Positions 51,243 to 62,454 of a DNA stretch of 64,000 nt are shown here, piece by piece (within the stretch, counting starts at the first letter, position 1; each line of letters starts with the position of its first letter). Below the pieces are notes generated by a model. That model saw only the letters and a list, made by a program, of their open reading frames with translations. It did no database searches and was not told the origin of the DNA. This DNA comes from Octopus vulgaris (taxonomy: Eukaryota): the NCBI GenBank assembly GCA_951406725.2, contig OX597815.1:144398001-144462000 (forward strand), written 5' to 3'. Position numbers and translations under genes: made by a program.

Positions 51243-52536
51243 TCAGGTCATCCCATAAATTCTGTCCGAATTTTGAATAAAGAAAACAAGTGATCAAATG
51301 TTATATTTAATTGAAACTTAATCATCAATATACTTTCCCTGATTATCTATGACTTCCTTCCATTTATTTACAAGCTTCTTAATCCCATCAATGTAAAACT
51401 CTTTTGGGTTCAAAGCAAAGAACTCTGAAATGTCAGTTTCAACCTCCTCCTGGCTTGTGAAAGTTATGTCCACCAAATGATTCTGTAAACTACAAAACAA
51501 ATGGTAGTCTGAAGGAGCAAGGTTGGTAGAATAAGGTGGATGAGGAATTTTTTCCCAACCAAGCTCTTCGATCTTCTGTGATGTGATCTTTGCAGTGTAG
51601 GGTTGCGCTTTGTCCTGAGGAAACATCACACCTTTTCAATTCACTAAAGCGGGTCTTTTTCTCTTCAAAGCTTGGTTCAAACACTTTAATTTCTGACAGT
51701 AGACTTGAGCATTAATTGTTGCATTAGGTAGTAACAATTTAAAGTGAATTACTCCTTTGCAATCAATCCCACCAGATAGAGGGAAGAACTTTTTTTTCCA
51801 TAAAGTTCCCTTCTAGGTTGTGGTTGAGCCTTTTCCTTTTTACTAAGTCACTGTTTATGATGTTTAACATTTCGATAGAAGATCCATTTTTCGTTACCAG
51901 TCACAAGTCTATCCAAAAAGGGTGAAATGAGTTCATGAGAATGGAGAGAAGAGCAGATGTCAACTCAGTATCTGCGGTTGTTTTCGGACAATTCATGAGG
52001 CACCCATTTTCCAAGTTTAGGAACCTTTCCAAGTTGTTGAAGATGACAATGAATAGTTGTATGGTTTGAACTAAGCTTTATTGCCAATTCTTCAACTTAT
52101 AATGCAGAATTTTCTTCAAGTAATGCCTCAAGGAGCTTATCATCAAACTCAACTGGATGTCCTGTTCAATCTTTATCTTCAAGGCTGAAATCTCCACTTC
52201 TGAATTTTGCAAACCATCTTCTGCAGGTTCTTTCATTCAAGCATTTTTTCCCATATACTGAGTGTATGTTTCGAGTTGCTTCGGCTGCAGAGTTTCCTTT
52301 TTTGTACTCATAAAGCACTATTTGCCTCAAATGCTCTTTGGATGCTTCCATGTTAGAAAGGGATTTAATCAAAGAAATTTTAATTCAATTATTCTGTAAA
52401 TTAATATTTAATTAGTTTAAATGTACACAAATGCATAAGAATAATTTAAAATTCCATTAGACATTCTAAAATACTATTAAATTTCATTCAATTTTAAAAA
52501 AAGGTAAAATCGGACAGAACTTATAGGATGACCTGA
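51243..52536 (-). mobile_element. Full-length mariner transposon (1294 bp)
   Basis: TA TSDs at 51241-51242 and 52537-52538; TIRs TCAGGTCATCCCATAAATTCTGTCCGA / TCGGACAGAACTTATAGGATGACCTGA. Confidence 0.95.
51318..52351 (-). pseudogene. Mariner DD34D transposase, disrupted
   Basis: MEASKEHLRQ...WFAKFRSGDFSLED*, WVPHEL (~51990-52007), LVTGNEKW (first catalytic D changed to N), QDKAQPY, HPPYSTNLAPSDYHLF; stops and frameshifts. Confidence 0.92.
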
Positions 52537-52542
52537 TAATAA

Positions 52543-52972
52543 TAATCTTTTCTATAATAGGCACAAGGCTTGAAATTGTGGGGGAGGGGGGATAGTTGAT
52601 TAGATTGACCTCATTACTAAACTGGTACTTGATTTATTGACCCTGAAAGGGTGAAAGGTAAAGTTGACCTCAGCAGAATTTGAACTCAGAACATAGCAAC
52701 GGGTGAAATACCGCTGAGCATTTCGTCCAGTGTGCTAACACTTCGGCAAATAATAATAATAATAATAATAATTCCAGCTATAGGTACAAAGCCTGCAGTT
52801 TTGAGGGAAGGGGCTAGTCTATTATACTGACATCAGTGGTACTTAATTTATCGACCCTGAAAGGATGAAAGGCAAAGTCAACCTAGGTAGAATTTGAACT
52901 CAGAACACAAAGACAGACAGAATGCTGTTAAGTGCTTTGCCCAAAGTGCTAATGACTCTACCAGCTTGCAGC
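52543..52972 (-). mobile_element. Two tandem family C SINEs separated by (AAT)n
   Basis: Reverse complement of the 7517 family. Confidence 0.8.
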
Positions 52973-55900
52973 CTTACTCTTGTAGTCTATTGACTGGTTG
53001 ATATCACAAGTGAAAAACAAAAGCTGTAACATGAGTAGAAATGAGGGAGTTTTGAAGCTAAAAACAATTTCTAATCTATTAAGACTGCCATTTCTGCAGA
53101 CACACCCATCTTTTGTAAGTAGGAAGTAATAAACAGAGTTCCCTGTATACAGCCCATACAACAGGCACTTGTAACGCTTTTATTATATTGCCTCAGCCAA
53201 GGGTAATATTGATGCTTTTAGTATATGGCCCCAAAAAAGGGCACGAGTGATGCGCTTTTGAATTTAGGCACAGGCAGTGTATTAAGAAGCTTGCTTCCCA
53301 ACCACATGATTCCAGGTTCAGTCCCACTGTGTGGCACCTTGGGAAAGTGTTTTCTACTATAGCCTTGGTCTGATCAAAGCCTTGTGAATGAATTTGGTAG
53401 ATGGAAACTGAAAGAAGCCTGTTGTGTGTGTGTGTGTGTATATATGTGCAAGTGTGTGAGTGTCATTGAGTCTGTGTTTGTCCCCAACCACTGCTTGACA
53501 GCCAGTGGTGGTGTGCTTATGTCCCCATAACTTAGCAATTTGGCATAAGAAACTGATCGAATAAATATTAGGCTTAAAAAAGAAAGTACTAGGGTCGATT
53601 TACTTGACTAAAAATACTTAAGGCAGTGCCCCAGCACGGCCACAGTGTAACGACTGAAATAAGTAAAAGATAAAAGATATCCCTGACAGAAGGCAATAAC
53701 ATGAAGGTTTAGGGGTTACACATGTGATTGTTAGGTCATGGTTTTGACTCTGGGAAAGGGTGGAGCATTGTGTTCTTGAGCGAAACACTTCATTTCATGT
53801 TACTCCAGTCCACTCAGCTGTAAACGAGTTAACCCTGCGATGGACTGGCATCCCATCCAGGGGGAATGTTGTGATCTCAGTCACTCAGAAGCCATGGAAA
53901 CTGAGCAACTGACTCATCGAGTCCTTGGACTTGAGGTAGATCTAAGAAAGACAAGAGCAGAGACAGGATTGTTTGAGCACAGAAAAAACCCCCAGTGTTT
54001 TGCAGTATTTATTCCTGTTTTCTGCACAATGTGTTCAAATCTCATCAAGTTCAACATTGTCTTTCACACTTTGGGGCTGAATAAAATAAAGGTACCAATA
54101 TACGAGAGGGAAAGAAGTTAGTGGAATTATAAGAGCAACCTTATTATACTTGTTTCTGACTCTTTGTATTTTGAGTTCTTTGTGTGTCAGCTTCTGGATG
54201 GGGTTTAGACACAACCTGTCTTTCAATTTAGCACCCACCACTTACCTCCTCCTTAGATGTCTTTAGTAGAGTCCACCCTATTGCAAGCATCCAGCTGAGG
54301 TCACTGGCTTGAGGATAACTTCCTTCCTCACTCCCACCTCTCTTGGAGACGCTGTAAAAATTAAGGGTCAGGAGTGGTTCCATTCCTTATTTGATTAAAT
54401 AAACAAAGAATGGCAATAGTGAAATCTTTGTAATTTGCTCCAACCAGAGATTGAAACCTTGTTAAAGTGTCAACTTGCCAACAGCTTGTCGCTTCGTAAT
54501 TGGGACCTGTGCGACACAGGTAGAAATGGTTAACAGCACAGCACAGAAAGTAGATTCATGACAGGTACAGATTTTGATGCAGTTTCACTTTGAACCCATG
54601 TATCTGGGGTTCTTGGCATCCTCACCCCAGGTTCCCTGAGTAAAATAAATGATTTCCCACCTTATATTGTTTCAGTGTCACTAAAATGTCTTTTCTGTCT
54701 CTCTTATTGAAATAAAATGCCAAACAGAGAGCAACATTGTCCTTACCACTTGCTTTGCCAATACTGGCGCTTGTGGTGCCAGTCCAATGCAGAGAAACTC
54801 CTCACAATATTTGCATCTGTAAACAGCAGGAGCAACTTCAATCATCAGGAAGTACTTCCTGTGATATTGCAAGTGCAGGCTGACAACCAGATGCAACAAC
54901 GTTGCTAATTGGCTGAGGAGTTGTTAAGCGATATGTTTGTAAACAGTACAATGTGGCAGTTGGTAAAGCGGCTGCTGGGGTATTTGTATTTGTGGCTGCT
55001 GGGGTTCTGAAGGTTATACAACTTTTGGGAAAATTTTGTTGGCAGAGGGGAGGGGGAACCTCTTATAAAATAGCAAATTTTTTACTTTTTATTTTTTACT
55101 TGTTTCAGTCATTTGACTGCAGCCATGCTGGAGCACCACCTTTTGTCGAATAAATTGATCCCAGGACTTACTCTTTGAGTCTAGCACTTATTCTATCAGT
55201 CTCTTTTTGCTGAACTGCTAAATTATGGGGATGTAAACACAACATATGTTGTCAAGCGATGGTAGGGGGACAGACACAAACAACAAACACATACACACAC
55301 GCACATATATATATATATATGATGGGCTTCTTTCAGTTTCCATTGACCAAATCCATTCACAAGGCTTTAGTAGAAGACACTTGCCAAAGCTCCACACAGT
55401 GGGACTAAACCTGGAACCATGTGGTTGGGAAGCAAGCTTCTTACCACACATACCTTTTATTTTTTACTCGTTTCAGTCATAGGAACACGGCTATGCTGGG
55501 GCTCTGTTTTGAAGGGCTTGGTCAAACAAATCAACCACAATACTTATTTTTGATAGTGGTACTTATTTTATTGGTCTCTTTTGCTGAACTGTTAAGTGAT
55601 TGAGACATAAAGAAACCAATGTTTAGATATGTTTAGATATAAAGGTTTTAGACAAACATGATGTGTATCACGGTATTGCTAGTGATGGGTCTCTCTTATT
55701 CAATGATGAGGATGCAGTTGTTCAATTGACTGAGTTAGCTGCCCCCTGAATTAATGTGTAAATAGCTGAGTATTCCACAGGCACGTGTACCCTTAACGTG
55801 ATTCTCAAGCTGAATCAGTGTGACTCTTGAATCACAGGTTCAATCCACCCAATTGGCATCTGTGTTTCCCCCTACTCCAGTTAAACATGCACAAGGTATG

Positions 55901-56082
55901 AGTTGAGCTGAGGTTTTAGAAAATGACATTTGCCAAAGATGCCTCTCTTTGGGATTGAAAGTGGGGCCTCATTGTTGTGAGGTAAACTTTTTAACCATTC
56001 AGCCATAAAGCGTAGGCTTTATGGCCAAAGTCTTGTGAGTGGATTTGGTAGACAGAAACTGAAAGAAGCCCGTTGTATATAC

Positions 56083-56134
<52 letters not shown>

Positions 56135-56781
56135 GTGTGTATATGTTTGTGTGTCTGTTTGTTCCCCCCCCCATCACTTGACAACTGATGCTGGTGTGTT
56201 TACATCCCTGTAACTTAGCGGTTCAGCAAAAAGAGACCGATAGAATAAGTACTAGGCTTACAAAGAATAAGTCCTCGGGTCAATTTGCTCGACTAAAGGC
56301 AATGCTCCAGCATGGCCGCAGTGAAATGACTGAAACATGAAAAAGAGAGTATATATGTCTATCATATAACCGCATGTGTGTGTGTCTCATTCCCCTTCAT
56401 CCACTAATGCTGTTCTCTCCACCCCCACTGTGCCACCAAATTATATCTCTGCCTCCTCCTCCCCCACACTTCTCTCTCTCTCTTTCTCTTCCCCATCCAA
56501 TTTTGCAGGCTTACCCAACAGCATGACATCATTTTACTTTCGCCCTTCTTTTTATTCTATAATCATTACTATTTCTGCTGCCCCACACTGTCGGACATCC
56601 CCTACTCCCACACGCACTCTTGGCTCATCTGCCCCACTCCTTCAGACCTGTTTCGTACCTTTGAGGACTACTCTGAAACCTTAGCACCACTCTTTTCATC
56701 ACTTTTCAGATGCACCCCAATCACCTCCACCCTGTCTTCTAAAAGGTAAGTAGCCATGCAGCTCCTCTACAATGAGGAACC

Positions 56782-57430
56782 TTATTTAGATTTGACAGAT
56801 ATTTGTCTTCATCTTGTTTGTTGTTAACACAACGTTTCAGCTAATATACCCACCAGCCTTTATCAGGTGTCTTGGGGAAATTTTGAACCCGGGTTTTCAT
56901 TCCTATGGTATTTTCGATGTTATCATTATTATTATTATCATTATTTTACAGGATTGAGGTAACTCCTCCAGTAGGTATACAGAAGCAAAAAAAAAAAGAA
57001 GAGTACCATTTTTATCAAGTGAATGATATTTAGGCATCTAGCATGCCTTCAACCAGAGGATTTGCCTCAATCCTATAAAATATTACCAAAAATAAAGTAG
57101 ATTGACAAGTTTATTTTTTGAACCTGTGGAAGGCACACTAGATGGCAAAATATCATTCACTTGCTAACAATGGTACTCTTCTTTTTTTGCTTCTTTATTA
57201 TTATTAATATTATTATTATTATGATGATGATTCAGGTCACTGCCTGGAATCGAACTCGGAACCTTGAGGTTGGTAGCGCATGCTCTTAACCACTATGCCA
57301 TATGCCAAGACACCCGATGAAGGCTGAAGAGTAAATCAGCCGAAACGTTGTGTTAACAACAAGCAAGATGATAAATATCTGTCAAATGCAAATAATGTAA
57401 ATAATTCCTCATCTCTTAAATATAGAACTG
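56782..57430. mobile_element. Nested Penelope-like inverted-repeat insertion
   Basis: TSD aatgaggaacc (56771-56781 / 57431-57441); outer arms 56782-56875 / 57305-57395; inner arms 56981-57056 / 57124-57194; hammerhead-like cores in the arms. Confidence 0.7.
57309..57354 (+). ncRNA. Minimal type I hammerhead ribozyme-like motif (one core substitution)
   Basis: GACAC-CCGAUGA-aGGCUGA..UCAGCC-GAAA-CG-U-U-GUGUU. Helix I GACAC/GUGUU, helix II GGCUGA/UCAGCC, palindromic ACGU helix III; core CUGAUGA appears as CCGAUGA. Confidence 0.5.
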
Positions 57431-57747
57431 AATGAGGAACCTGTTCTCTCATACATTATCCCTCTCTACTCTTCATCTCCTAGCATAAAGTTGCCCCCTC
57501 AAGGTTCGTATTCTTGCAAGCTGCATGGCAATCACACTAGTGCTGATGGCATGAAAAATGCACTCTGCACGTGGTGTCAGGTGGTTGGTGTTCAGAAGGG
57601 CTTCCAGCCAAAGCAGACACTGGAACATGATGCAGTCCTTGGGCCCAATGGATCCAGTGAAACCATTTAATCAAAGTCAGCATGGAATATGGACTTAAAT
57701 GATGAAGATGAATGATATATATTTGCAGTTGTAACTTTTTAGTAGAG

Positions 57748-58021
57748 CAGCAGTTCCCAACCTTTTCACTACCAAGGACTCCTTTTATTTAAATGAGTTT
57801 TCCCATGGATCCCTTTTAATATGCTTATCCTTATGTTTGTATGTATATATATATATATATATATATAACAAAGTAAAGTTGTAAGGCACCGCATGAGTGG
57901 AAATATATATAAAAGAAGGTTTGAAAATGCAATATATGAAATTTTGAATTTAGTTCAAGGACCCCCAGTAGTACTTTTGTAGACCACCAGGGGTCTGCAG
58001 ACCACAGGCTGGGAACCACTG
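57748..58021. mobile_element. hAT (Charlie-type) MITE
   Basis: Perfect 8-bp TSD tagtagag (57740-57747 / 58022-58029); TIRs CAGCAGTTCCCAACC / GGCTGGGAACCACTG. Confidence 0.9.
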
Positions 58022-59067
58022 TAGTAGAGTATACCAAGATGCTTTCTCCTTCTTACTTTATTCTCTCTTTACCCTTTTCGTTCAACTGTCATCCCCATCT
58101 GCTTCAATACCATTTGCAGCTCTTCAGAAGGCTTTATGCTTAATGGTTAGTGTATTTGGCTCATAATTGTAAGGTGGTGAGTTCCATTCCTGACAAAATA
58201 TTGTATTCTTGAGCAAAACACTTTATTCCACATTCCTCCAGTCTACTCAGCTTGCAAAAATGAGTAATACCTGTAATTCAAAGGGCCAACCTTGTCACAA
58301 TCTGTGTTATGCTTAATCTCTCTTAAGGGCAAGCATGTCTGTGGAGTGCTCAGCCGATTGCATGTTAATTTCACAAGCAGTCTGTTTGGTTAATTATGTC
58401 AACTGGAACCCTTGTCATCATGGGCAGCTGAGTGCTAGATATGTCTCTTCGGATGTGTCGTCTGCAAGACTGGCTCTCAACAAGGCCACAAGTGTCTCTG
58501 ATTACATACAAAAATCTTCTCAAATGTTTCTACATTGTGGTTTCAAATTACAATACTGGAATCATCCTGAGTGCCTACTTCACTAAAGGTGGAAATTATA
58601 TACCAAGAAATTGCCAAGCATGAAATTACGCAGCTTAAATATCACTCTTGTATATAATCTGAATCTATGTTGAAGCAGACACAATCAGTGGATGAGTATT
58701 ACAGTGAAGACAAAAGGATATTGGAGTTTTGACATTCATATCCTTCCAGAGGACTGTGTGTGTGTGTATGTGTGTGTGTGTGAAGGTACATGGCCCAGTG
58801 TTCAAGCAAATTGTACTCATGGTTGTGAGATTGTGGTTTCAATTCCCAGACTGGATACATGTTATGTTCTTGAGCAAAACACTTAATTTTATGTTGCTCC
58901 AGTCCACTCAGCTGTAAACGGGTCACCCTGTGACAGAAGAGCCTTCCAATCAGGAGGAATGTTGGCCTGCTTGCCTAGTTAGGTGGGTGGCATCATTTGA
59001 AAGCTAGAAAAAACATGATTCAAAGCACATTGTGACCAGTGGTGTATAACATTATTATCATTATTGA

Positions 59068-59457
59068 GATAGAGAGCAGTGACACTGGGGTAAAATATAC
59101 GAAGCCCAGTATATCCATCATAACAACCCGTCTCACCAGGTACACCAGGAACATGCATCACAACCATATGTGCGCAACATAGTGATCTAATATCAAGATA
59201 AACAGCACATGACCTTGCAGGTGGGGCCCAATTAGAATTTTCTTCAGGTTGAGTAGCCTATCCCATTCAACAGGTCCCTGAATAAGGGTTGTTTAAGGAA
59301 GTTGAATGAAACACCAATGTTTCTAGAGGTGAAATAATCCAAACCCCAAAGAATTCCTCTCAACACATGGCTATGATGCTCCCCCACTACTTCTGCTCAT
59401 ATTCAGAGATGCACATATCAGTAGCCACTAAGGGACATGCTCAACTGGTTAAGGTCA
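59068..59457. repeat. Interspersed repeat family D
   Basis: Colinear with 15775-16170. Confidence 0.8.
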
Positions 59458-59741
59458 TTGTCACTCTTTTCCTTTAAAAGTTAGTAGTAGTAGTAGTAGT
59501 AATAATAATAATAATAATCCTTTCTACTATTGGCACAAGGCCTGAAATTTTGGGGGAGGAAACTGGTTGATCACATCAACCCCAGTATGCAACTGGTACT
59601 TAATTTAATGACGGCAAAAAGATGAAAGGCAAAGTCATCCTTGGTGGAATTTGAACTCAGAACATAGTGTGAGTGAAATACTGCCAAGCATTTCGTCCAG
59701 TGTGCTAACAATTCTGCCAGCATGCTGCCTTAATAATAATA

Positions 59742-59972
59742 AGGAGCATTGGGTTCAGTACCAACCAATCTGAAAAAACATTTGAAAACCTTAGAAATAC
59801 CCTACAATCTAGATGTATTGCAAAAGTTGGCATTATTTGGAACTGCACGCATATTGCTTAAAGTACTGTCTGTCTGAGTTCCTTGTTGTGATTTGACAAA
59901 CAGTACAAACCCCCAGTAGGCACAATATCTTCAATCAGCAATCTCACGATATTTTATAATGTGTGATGTCTA
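59742..59972 (+). mobile_element. R4/Dong-type non-LTR retrotransposon 3' end in (TAA)n
   Basis: GALGSVPTNLKKHLKTLEIPYNLDVLQKLALFGTARILLKVLSV*, flanked by (TAA)n on both sides. Confidence 0.75.
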
Positions 59973-60017
59973 TAATAATAATAATAGTAATAATAATAAT
60001 AATAATGATAATAATAA

Positions 60018-60330
60018 AAGTGAAAAGTCGAGAGATATGACAGGTTAGCTTGGGAGGTTAAGCAGTTGTGGTCGCTGAAAAAGGTTGCAGTAGTACCAAT
60101 AATTGTCAGAGCACTGGGAACATTGCGTAAAAATCTCGAGAAGTACGTGGAACAAATAGGGGCAGCAATAAGGGTGGAGCACTTGCAGAAAACAGCACTA
60201 CTTGGAACTGCTCAAATACTCTGGAAGGTGCTCGAAAACTAAGGGCTATTACCTTAGTTCACTGGTAGTGAACAGCTGACACTGTAGTACATCTCCAGCA
60301 TTAGAAGCTGTGCAAAGGCAATGATAATGA
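60018..60330 (+). mobile_element. Second R4/Dong-type 3' end in (TAA)n
   Basis: VVPIIVRALGTLRKNLEKYVEQIGAAIRVEHLQKTALLGTAQILWKVLEN*. Confidence 0.78.
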
Positions 60331-60707
60331 TAAGGCATGAAACTGGGCAGGGGTTAGTTGATTAAATTGACCCCAGTGTCCAACTGGTATTTATTTCATT
60401 GACTCTAAAAGCATGAAAGACAAAGCCAACCTTAGCAGAATATGAACTCAGAATATAAAGTTGGATGAAACGTTGCTAAATATATTGTCTAGCATGGTAA
60501 TGCTACTGGCAGTTTGCCACTTTGATAATAATAATAATGGCTTCAAATTTTGGCACAAGGCCAATACGATAATAACAATAATTACACACACACACACACA
60601 CACAATATACACAAAGGTGACAGGTTCAAAAGTTCAAAAGAGCATAGAATAAAATATAAAGTACTCAAAGCAAAATGTCTGAGAGTGTGTAACACAAATT
60701 TCATATT

Positions 60708-60933
60708 TATATTAAAAATGGGGAAGGCTGGTTTATGGGATTACTTTAACTTTCCCATTCATAAAAGGTTTAGGTTAAAGGAGTATTGTTAGATCCCAAA
60801 ACCTGTTGGCATATTCTGAAGAGGTCTTGGGCCAATAGATTTTAGGATCTGATGATACACCATAAAGTTGAACCCTTTATGGACAGGAAAGCTAAGGTAA
60901 TCTCATAAACTGGCCTTCCCCATTTTTAATATA
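60708..60933. repeat. Fold-back palindrome (probable TA-flanked MITE)
   Basis: ~103-bp inverted arms tatattaaaaatggggaagg...gttggc / gccaata...ccttccccatttttaatata with a ~20-bp loop. Confidence 0.85.
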
Positions 60934-61125
60934 TACTGCTCTATATCTTAGAGCAGTGTTTCTCAACTGGGGTTCCCTGGAACCCTAGGGTTCCATGAGA
61001 AAGAGTGAGATAAGCTAATGCTAATTTCATGATCATAAAAGACTATAGACACACAACATATTATTGATTATTGTAATATTGACATCATCCCACCTCACCT
61101 ATCATGTTATCAAAAAATATAACAA

Positions 61126-61170
<45 letters not shown>

Positions 61171-61171
<1 letters not shown>

Positions 61172-61347
61172 CACCCACTACACTCGCGGAGTGGTTGGCG
61201 TTAGGAAGGGCATCCAGCTGTAGAAACTCTGCCAGATCAGACTGGAGCCTGGTGCAGGCCCTGGCTTCCCAGACCCCGGTCGAACCGTCCAACCCGTGCT
61301 AGCGCGGAAAACGGATGTTAAACGATGATGATGATGATGATGATGAC
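61171..61347 (+). mobile_element. Young RTE 3' terminal fragment with (ATG)n tail
   Basis: CpG-rich, little-decayed copy of the terminal block, starting directly after (TA)n. Confidence 0.75.
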
Positions 61348-62344
61348 ACTTGTGCACATCTTATAGAGTTTCTACCAGCGCCTCTACTACAGATCGAGCA
61401 GGGCCATCTACCTGAAGGGATTTGTGGTTTGCCTGCCTTCCTACTTAGAGAGGAAATAAACATATCTATGCATGCATGTCTTCATTTTCTGTACTTGTCT
61501 CCCACCACCGCTTGACAACCAGTGTTGGTGTGCTTATGTCCCCATAACTTAGCAGTTCAGCAAAAGTTACTGATGAAATAAGTGCCAGGCTTAAAAAATA
61601 AATAGTGGGATCAATTCATCATCATCATCATTCAATGTCCGTTTTCCATGCTGGCATGGGTTGGAGGGTTTGACAGAGGTCTGGAAAGCCAGCAGGCTGC
61701 ACCAGGCTCCAGTCTGATCTGGCAAGGTTTCATTTGACTAAAAATTCTTCAAGGTAGTGACCCAGCATCTCTAGAATCTAATGACTGAAACAGGTAAAAG
61801 GTACATATGCACATGTATATTCACATACATACACACACACACAGAGCTAAATGCATATTATCATCATCATTGTTTTAATGTCCACTTCTCCATGCTTGCA
61901 TAAGTCGGATCGAATTTATTGACAAAGGTTTTCTATGGCTGAATGCTCTTTTTTGTTAACAACCCTCACTTATTTCCAAGTAAGGTAATATTTCTCCCTG
62001 GTCAAATATGTTTTCATGAAGACTAGAAACAAAGTATAGTGCTTGCCAGATGGTGACAGTTTCTTGCAACAATCACATGATGTCAAGGCAAGGGGCAAAT
62101 AACACACACACACACACTGGACTTCTTTGTGTTTCCATCAGCCAAATCCACTCACAAGGCTTTGGTTGGCCCAGAGTTATTGAAGAAGACACTTGCTCAA
62201 GGTGCCATTCAGTAAAACTGAACCTGAAACTACATGGTTGGGAAGCAAACTTCCTACCACACAGCTACACTGGTACCTATATCATGTCTGTGCCTATGCT
62301 CCACCTACCACCTATCTATCTGTCTGTCTGTCTGTGTATATATA

Positions 62345-62454
62345 TCATATCACTTTGAAAACACTGGTTCTCGTCCGATCACCGAAGTTAAGCAAAGTCG
62401 AGCCTAGTTAGTACTTAGATGGGTGACCGCTTGGGAAACCTAGGTGCTGTAAAC
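62345..62454 (+). pseudogene. 5S rRNA-derived sequence, ~8 nt 5'-truncated (pseudogene or SINE3 head)
   Basis: catatcactttgaaaacactggttctcgtccgatcaccgaagttaagcaaagtcgagcctagttagtacttagatgggtgaccgcttgggaaacctaggtgctgtaaac matches metazoan 5S, including box A/C regions and paired helices actttg/caaagt and cctag/ctagg. Solitary, with no T4 terminator. Confidence 0.9.

Noticed and set aside
54200-55070. Unique-looking region with possible gag zinc-knuckle relic or exon (54749-54818)
   Set aside because: No consistent reading frame or motif; cannot be supported.
62345-62454. Functional 5S rRNA gene
   Set aside because: 5' end replaced by microsatellite, solitary, no Pol III terminator.
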